64,000 nucleotides of DNA. Source: an uncultured delta proteobacterium (GTDB taxonomy: Bacteria; Myxococcota_A; Polyangia; Fen-1088). The position numbers were made by a program, and so were the translations under genes. The DNA is taken from assembly GCA_963755125.1 (NCBI GenBank), contig CAVWIP010000011.1:1-64000 (forward strand), read 5' to 3'. How positions within the stretch are numbered: position 1 is the first letter of the stretch; each line of letters opens with the position of its first letter. Positions 58,091 to 64,000 of this stretch are shown here, in pieces. Under the pieces are notes generated by a model, which ran no database searches, was not told where the DNA came from, and saw only the letters and a list, made by a program, of their open reading frames with translations.

Positions 58091-60066
58091 GTTTCTCCTT
58101 TCAAACGCCGGATCTCCTCTTCGATGTCGGCCAGTCCGGGACTCATGCTCAGGGCAGTCTCGAATTCCCGGATGGCATCATCGGGCAGCCCGGTCTCGGC
58201 GTAGAAGCGACCCAGCGAGATGCGCACCCAAGGATTGGCCGGCTCGCTCTCCACTGCCCGGCGCAACTCGGCCAGACCGGCGGCCAACGCGCGCGTGTCA
58301 GCCGGCGCCTGCCGATACAGCGCCCAGCCCAGGGCGCTGCGATAGCTCGCTTGCTTGGGCGCCAGGGTGGTGGCCTGACGAAACGCCTCGGCCGCCTGCG
58401 GGTAGCGGCGGGAGCGCAGGTGCGACACACCTGTGAAGTACACACGCTCGGCTGCGGTTGCCGTGGACTCTGATCCATCGGGCGCGCCCCCGTCGGCCTG
58501 AACTGGTGGCGGGGTCCGCTGCAATTCTGCCAGGTACTTGCGCCGCGAGCCACTGTCGCACAGAACCTCGAACGCCTTCTCCAGCCGCTCGAAGATCTGA
58601 CCGGCGACGTCGCGCACGTCATCGTCGCGAAGGCGGAAGAGATCGGGGTGGAAGTCGCGCGCCAGGGTCCGATAGGCGTCCGCGATCTCGGCAGTCGTGG
58701 CTTCCCGCTCGACGCCCAGCACCTCGAAGTGACTCTGCACACGCATCACCGCCAGCAGGGCCACCAGTTCCTCACGGCTGCGCTCACCGGTCGACACGCC
58801 AGTGCCGCCCAGGTCCACCGGCCGGGGCGTGCGGCGGGCCTGGTCCTTCTCGGCACGCTGGGGCGCCTGGGTGGGCGCGATCATGCCAGCCTCGGACATG
58901 GCCACCACGAGGAGGCGGGCACGGTCCATGGGAATGGGCGATGAGGCCAAGGCCGCCTCCAGCTTTACTGTGCCGTCCAGCCCGTCGATGAAGCGCCTCT
59001 CGCTGGCGTCAGCCGTCATATCCTGCAGGCGCCGGCGTGGATCGGGATTGGGTGTCAGGTACTTCCCCGAAAGGGGCTGCAACACGCTGTGGATGCGCTC
59101 GGCATCGTAGTGCCGCCGGATGCCCTCCAGGATCAAGGCCGCGGGCGTGCGTTCCAGCCGCATCGGCGCGTCTTGTCGAGACTGCCCCTTCTTGAAAATG
59201 AAATCGCCGCTGGTCCACGAGAAGATCTCGAGCAACTTCGATTCCATCTGCAGCATGAGAGCGCGTGACAGGTTGAAGGGCGAGAGCGCGCCCATGGCCA
59301 CCAGAACCTCGCCCTGATGCTGATGCATCTCCTTCATCCGGCGCAGGGACTCATCCAGCGTCTCGGCAGAGATGAGACGCTGTTCCAGCAGGATCTGACC
59401 CAAGCACTCGGACAGCATGTTGGAACGTATGGAAACCGGGTAGCCCTCGTCGAAATTGACGATCTTCTTGGTGTCGCCGCGCGCGAGCAGCAAGGCGCCG
59501 GACATGCGGGCGGAATACACCCGCTGCAGGACGCGGGCGAAGGGCTGACGAGCCAGCGATCCGTGCAGCTCGGTCTCGCCCTCGGCAAAGTGCTTGGCCG
59601 TGGTCTCCACCGCGCGCCTCTCGCGCCTTTGCGCCGGATCGGCCACCACCGCGCCAGGGTAGTTGGGCACGGCTGAGGCCTCGGGCGGCTCACTGGGTGG
59701 CACGGTTTCGAGCAGACGCGCCAGCAGGCGGTCGGCGTCGAGCGGCGTGGCCAGGTACTCGGCCGGGGCAAAGCGGCGTTGCGCCTCGGCCTGATGGCTT
59801 GCCCCGCGGTGCGTGCTGGCGACGAAGAAGATGGGGATCCGGGCCGTGCTGGGGTTGCGGCGTACCTCATCGGCCAAGGTGAAGCCGCTGCCGTCGGAAA
59901 GGGTCGTGTCCAGGATGATGGCGTCGGGCGCACGCACCGCCAGGGTGCGCCGGGCCCAGGTCAGCTCGGCCTCGGTCGAGAGCAGGTAGTTTGCTTCGCT
60001 CAGCGCTTGGTTAATGCGACGAGCCAGCGCGGCATTGCTCTCGACTACCAGGACGTAAGACGCCAT
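58087..60066 (-). CDS. Receiver (REC)-DUF4388-DnaJ-TPR multidomain protein
   Basis: Degenerate REC, DUF4388-like middle region, J-domain HFEVLGV..FHPD, C-terminal TPRs. Confidence 0.8.
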   Translation of the reverse strand: MASYVLVVESNAALARRINQALSEANYLLSTEAELTWARRTLAVRAPDAIILDTTLSDGSGFTLADEVRRNPSTARIPIFFVASTHRGASHQAEAQRRFAPAEYLATPLDADRLLARLLETVPPSEPPEASAVPNYPGAVVADPAQRRERRAVETTAKHFAEGETELHGSLARQPFARVLQRVYSARMSGALLLARGDTKKIVNFDEGYPVSIRSNMLSECLGQILLEQRLISAETLDESLRRMKEMHQHQGEVLVAMGALSPFNLSRALMLQMESKLLEIFSWTSGDFIFKKGQSRQDAPMRLERTPAALILEGIRRHYDAERIHSVLQPLSGKYLTPNPDPRRRLQDMTADASERRFIDGLDGTVKLEAALASSPIPMDRARLLVVAMSEAGMIAPTQAPQRAEKDQARRTPRPVDLGGTGVSTGERSREELVALLAVMRVQSHFEVLGVEREATTAEIADAYRTLARDFHPDLFRLRDDDVRDVAGQIFERLEKAFEVLCDSGSRRKYLAELQRTPPPVQADGGAPDGSESTATAAERVYFTGVSHLRSRRYPQAAEAFRQATTLAPKQASYRSALGWALYRQAPADTRALAAGLAELRRAVESEPANPWVRISLGRFYAETGLPDDAIREFETALSMSPGLADIEEEIRRLKGET

Positions 60067-60307
60067 AGGCAGGGATTGTATACCGCAAATCCGAACGTCT
60101 GAGGGTTGCGAGAACGGACTGGGCAAGCGCGGTCACCTAGCCGGCGAACTGCGGCCGAGAACACGGAGGGGCGAGGGGAGGACACGGAGTTGGAGAGAAC
60201 CCCCGGACAAACGACCAACCGCGCCCGGCGGGCGCCGCCTCTTGTTTTCTCAGTGGACTCGATTCGCCCATTCACACCATGATCGTCGAGACTGGAGGAA
60301 CGGAGCC

Positions 60308-61039
60308 ATGTACTCAGAGCAGCCGCTTTTCAGACCACCTGCAGACGACACCACATTATGGCGGTACATGGATTTCGAGAAGTTCGTTTCCCTTCTGGAG
60401 CGTCGCACGCTCTACTTTGCTCGCCTTACCAGCTTGGCTGATCCTTTCGAGGGACTCCCGGTGCGCAGGCACATGGAAATCGCGAGGCAGTCGCCAACCG
60501 GCCTGTCTGAGCAAGAGACGACGAAGCACAAGGAAGAGATTGAGGGGTACAAGAGATCTATCGAAGAAAAACGAAAGGTTTATTTTGTCTCGTGCTGGCA
60601 CATGAATCGGGATGAATCCTACGCGATGTGGAAAATCTACGCAGGTGCCGGGGCTGGAATCGCAATCCGCAGCAGATTCCACCGATTCAAGGCAGCTCTC
60701 CCAGCGACGCCTCTTCCACAGGTGCTCGCAGGAACCGTCAACTATGTGGACTACGACACCGACCAACCGCTACGAGTGCCATACCTGGAAGAACTCGCTT
60801 TCTCGAAGCGTCGGTGCTTTGATTTTGAGAGCGAGTTTCGCGGGTTTGTTCGTGACGATGAAACCGAGGCACCAGGTGTCGAGGTCCCCGTCGACGTCAA
60901 TCTTCTCGTTGAACAGGTCTATGTCTCTCCAACCTCACCTGCCTGGATCCGCGAGCTGGTCCAGGCGGTCCTCGACCGATATGGCCTCAAAGTCGAGGCC
61001 ATCCAGTCAGGGATACTGACCGGCCCATCGTACTTCTGA
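60308..61039 (+). CDS. DUF2971-family protein
   Basis: LWRYMDFEKF..LYFAR..DPFEG, VSCWH..ESYAMWKIY, KR..F.FE.EFR. Confidence 0.75.
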   Translation: MYSEQPLFRPPADDTTLWRYMDFEKFVSLLERRTLYFARLTSLADPFEGLPVRRHMEIARQSPTGLSEQETTKHKEEIEGYKRSIEEKRKVYFVSCWHMNRDESYAMWKIYAGAGAGIAIRSRFHRFKAALPATPLPQVLAGTVNYVDYDTDQPLRVPYLEELAFSKRRCFDFESEFRGFVRDDETEAPGVEVPVDVNLLVEQVYVSPTSPAWIRELVQAVLDRYGLKVEAIQSGILTGPSYF

Positions 61040-61088
61040 GCGGGCCCATGAAATCGCAGGTGCGACTTTGGGCGTGCGATGGTAGACG

Positions 61089-62534
61089 ATGGCCCGGAGG
61101 ATTGTCGTGAGTCGCGGTCAACCGAAAGCGAAGAACGATCTGGCTTGCTTGATTCTTGCGGCGGGCAAGGGCACCCGCATGGTCTCGGCGCAGGCCAAGA
61201 TGCTGCACCCGATCTTGGGCGTGCCCCTGCTGTCGTATCCCGTCGAGCGGGCGCTGGAACTGCGCGCCTCGCCCATCGTGGCCGTGCTCGGCTACCAGCG
61301 CGCCGAGGTGGAGAAGGCGCTTATCGCTCGTCACAGCCAGGGCACCGTGATCGTGGTCGAGCAGACGGAACAGAAGGGAACCGGGCATGCCGTGCGGCTG
61401 GGACTTGCGGCCCTGAGCCGGTGGGAGGGAACAGTTCTCATTCTGTACGGCGACGTGCCCCTGTTGAGCCGCGAGACCTTGACCGCCTTGGTGAAGAAAT
61501 CGCGCAGCGGAGGCACGCTGGCCATTCTGACCGCCGAACTGGCCGAGCCGCGGGGCTACGGCCGAGTGGTCCGCGACAGCCATGGCGGTGTCGTCGAAGT
61601 GGTGGAACACAAGGACGCCAGTGAAGGCCAGCGACGGATCACCGAGGTCAACGCCGGCATCTACGCCGCGCCAGCAGCCTTTCTTCGTCGGGCAACGGCG
61701 CGGCTGTCGCCACGCAACGCCCAGGGCGAACTGTACCTGACCGACATCGTCGCCAAGGCCGCGACTGGCATCGGTGTCTCTTCGGTCAGCGTGAACGCCG
61801 AAGAGATGGCCGGCGTCAATGACCGGCAGCAGCTCGTCGCGGTCGAGAAGACCCTGTGCCGGCGCATCGTGAGCCAGCTCGGCAGGCACGCGACCTTCCG
61901 TGATCCCGAGGCGGTCTTGGTCGAGGCCAGCGTGACCGTCGATCAAGACGCGGAGATCGGCGGCAACGTGGTGCTGCGTGGCCGCACCCGGATCGGCGCC
62001 GGGGCTCGCATCGAGAACGGCTGCATCCTCACCGACACCGAGGTGGGCGCGGGCGCCGTGCTGCTGCCCTACACGGTGGCCAGCCAGTCGAGCATCGGGC
62101 CAGGCGCCAAGGTTGGCCCCTTTGCCCACCTGCGGCCGGGCAGCGAGCTGGGGCCCGATGTGCACGTGGGCAACTACGTGGAAACCAAGAAGGCCCGCCT
62201 GGGCCGCGGCAGCAAAGCGAATCACCTGACCTATCTCGGCGACACCATCATCGGCGAAGGGGTCAACGTGGGCGCAGGCACCATCACCTGCAACTACAAC
62301 GGCTACGAGAAACGCCAGACCATCATCGAGGACGGCGCCTTCATCGGATCGGACACGCAACTGGTCGCGCCAGTGCGGGTGGGCAAGCGCGCGGTTGTGG
62401 CCGCGGGCGCCACCATCACCGAGGACATCCGCGATGGGGCGCTCGCCATCACGCGCGTGCCGCTCACTCAGATCGACGGGTACGCGGATCGGGTGGCGCA
62501 GCGGTACGCGAACAAGGCTGCGCCCAAACGCTGA
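61089..62534 (+). CDS. glmU: Bifunctional UDP-GlcNAc pyrophosphorylase / glucosamine-1-P acetyltransferase
   Basis: LAAGKGTRM, GTGHAV, YGDVP, GYGR, hexapeptide repeats, HLTYLGD, TCNY. Confidence 0.97.
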   Translation: MARRIVVSRGQPKAKNDLACLILAAGKGTRMVSAQAKMLHPILGVPLLSYPVERALELRASPIVAVLGYQRAEVEKALIARHSQGTVIVVEQTEQKGTGHAVRLGLAALSRWEGTVLILYGDVPLLSRETLTALVKKSRSGGTLAILTAELAEPRGYGRVVRDSHGGVVEVVEHKDASEGQRRITEVNAGIYAAPAAFLRRATARLSPRNAQGELYLTDIVAKAATGIGVSSVSVNAEEMAGVNDRQQLVAVEKTLCRRIVSQLGRHATFRDPEAVLVEASVTVDQDAEIGGNVVLRGRTRIGAGARIENGCILTDTEVGAGAVLLPYTVASQSSIGPGAKVGPFAHLRPGSELGPDVHVGNYVETKKARLGRGSKANHLTYLGDTIIGEGVNVGAGTITCNYNGYEKRQTIIEDGAFIGSDTQLVAPVRVGKRAVVAAGATITEDIRDGALAITRVPLTQIDGYADRVAQRYANKAAPKR

Positions 62535-62580
62535 CATTGACAGCCGCCGCTGCGCGGCCACAATCGCGCGCAGAGGTTCC

Positions 62581-62934
62581 ATGCCAAGTTCGGTGAAAGA
62601 CTTCTTCGATCGACGCGTCCCGGATGCCCTGCGCCTGCACCCGGAAAAGGCCAAGGAAGTGGCCGCGAGCTTCCTGTTCACCATAGCCGGTGCTGATGGC
62701 GGAACCTGGACCGCCGACCTGACAAACTCGCCGCCCATCTGCCAGCCCGGGCGCATCGGCCAGCCTCAGTGCACCATCGAGGCCACGGACGAAGACTTCC
62801 GCAGCGTGATCGACGGTGGGGCGCAGGCGGCCCTGCAGATCTTCCTTGGCGGCAGGCTGAAGGTCGCTGGCGATCCGATGCTCATCTCGCGCCTGCTGCG
62901 GCTCCTGCAAATGGGAAGTGCGCCGGCGATCTAG
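62581..62934 (+). CDS. SCP2 sterol/lipid-binding domain protein
   Basis: F.I.G..GGTW.DL..F..G.LKV.GD; upstream TTGACA-N16-CACAAT. Confidence 0.85.
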   Translation: MPSSVKDFFDRRVPDALRLHPEKAKEVAASFLFTIAGADGGTWTADLTNSPPICQPGRIGQPQCTIEATDEDFRSVIDGGAQAALQIFLGGRLKVAGDPMLISRLLRLLQMGSAPAI

Positions 62935-62958
62935 GCTATCATCGCGGCGGTTCGCTTC

Positions 62959-64000
62959 ATGGTTGACAAGTTTCCCTTCCGACGGCGCGGGGCTCTCTGG
63001 CTGTTTGCCGCGATCTTCTGCATCTACATGCTCTCCATGAGCCGCGAGCGGCCGTGGGGCGACGCCACCCCGCTGTGGGAGGTCGCGGACAGCATCGCCC
63101 AGCAAGGCACCATCGCCATCAAGACCCGCTGGCCCGCGACGCTCCCCCTCGGGCGAGGCGGCAAGGTCTACGGCGTGGCCCCGATTCTGCAGGCGGCGAT
63201 TCACATTCCTGGCGCTGTGCTACAACGTCTGGCGCACAAACATCTCCCGCAGCAAGCGCAGCTCGCGTGGCGCTTCACCTGCCACCTGGCGCCCGTCCTT
63301 CTGGGGGCCCTGACCTGCGTGCTCTTCTTCGGCATCTGCCGCCGCCTGGGCGCGGGGCCAGTGTCCGCGGCCCTGACCACCATCGCGCTCGGGTTGGGCA
63401 GCACGCTCTGGGTGTACTCGCGCTACACCTACTCGGAGGTTCTGCAAACCGCGTGTTTCACCGGCTTCTTCGCGCAACTGCTTGAAACGCAGAGAAATCC
63501 CTCGCGTCGCAGCGGCGCGCTGTTGGGAATGTGGGCCGGGCTGCTGGTCAATGCCAAGTACATCTACATCATCTCTGCGGCAGGCGGAGCCATCTATCTG
63601 GTGGCGGCGCTGCGGGGACGATGGCGGATCCTGCTGGAAACAGCCGTGGCGGCCATGGTCGCGGCGTTGCCCTTCGCGGCCCTAGTCTTGCTCTACAACT
63701 ATGCACGATGGGGCGACCCCTTCGCGGCTGGATACGACCTATCCAGCGATGCCGGCATTCGCGAAAACGTCGCCGTCGGTCTGTGGGGCATGTTCCTCTC
63801 GCCCGGCAAGAGCGTGTTCCTGTACAGTCCGCCGCTGCTGGCGGGCCTGATCGGTCTTCCTCGCGCCATCCGCCGCTGGCCGCACTTCCTGCCGGCGGTG
63901 CTTCTCACCGTCGCGCCCCCGGTTCTGGTCTATGCCCGTCTGATCTTCTGGAGCGGCGACTACGCCTGGGGGCCCCGCTATCTGGTCTTTGCCGTGCCGG
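62959..64000 (+). CDS. Polytopic membrane protein, GT-C-like (runs off the window end)
   Basis: Open frame to the window end; YSE, YNYARWG, SPGKSVFLYSPP, WGPRYL motifs. Confidence 0.7.
   Translation, partial: MVDKFPFRRRGALWLFAAIFCIYMLSMSRERPWGDATPLWEVADSIAQQGTIAIKTRWPATLPLGRGGKVYGVAPILQAAIHIPGAVLQRLAHKHLPQQAQLAWRFTCHLAPVLLGALTCVLFFGICRRLGAGPVSAALTTIALGLGSTLWVYSRYTYSEVLQTACFTGFFAQLLETQRNPSRRSGALLGMWAGLLVNAKYIYIISAAGGAIYLVAALRGRWRILLETAVAAMVAALPFAALVLLYNYARWGDPFAAGYDLSSDAGIRENVAVGLWGMFLSPGKSVFLYSPPLLAGLIGLPRAIRRWPHFLPAVLLTVAPPVLVYARLIFWSGDYAWGPRYLVFAVP

Overview
A GC-rich bacterial chromosome segment whose gene content (myxobacterial Cys-rich repeat and fibro-slime proteins, PilZ, REC-DUF4388-J-TPR protein) points to Myxococcota/Polyangia; this assignment is an inference. 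From left to right: (1) 1-5.8 kb is a small integrative element abutting the 5' end of tRNA-Arg(CCG). It encodes a tyrosine integrase, an excisionase-like HTH protein, a non-canonical reverse transcriptase (WLDD) whose stop overlaps the HTH start, and a divergent sigma-region-2-like protein, and it decays leftward into gene remnants (an IS21-associated Zn-finger ORF and a hoxY fragment). (2) 5.9-16.1 kb holds envelope and housekeeping genes (CPA2 antiporter, GT-C-like membrane proteins, MsrB-MsrA, OmpA, cyaY, OprB-type porin). (3) 16.4-33.8 kb is an accessory cluster of secreted proteins and lipoproteins (GH2, PL4, metallophosphoesterase, giant Cys-rich proteins, kelch) plus a catalase remnant. 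(4) 33.9-64 kb is mostly core genes (CIRCE-preceded fmdB-groES-groEL, prfA, rpmE, mutY, two tRNA-Ser, MATE, ilvE, glmU), with a B12-dependent radical SAM enzyme fused to a membrane segment and about 7 peptide repeats. The two best candidates for undescribed biology are the RT-xis-integrase module and the repeat-fused B12 radical SAM protein. All calls come from reading motifs by eye; no database searches were run.
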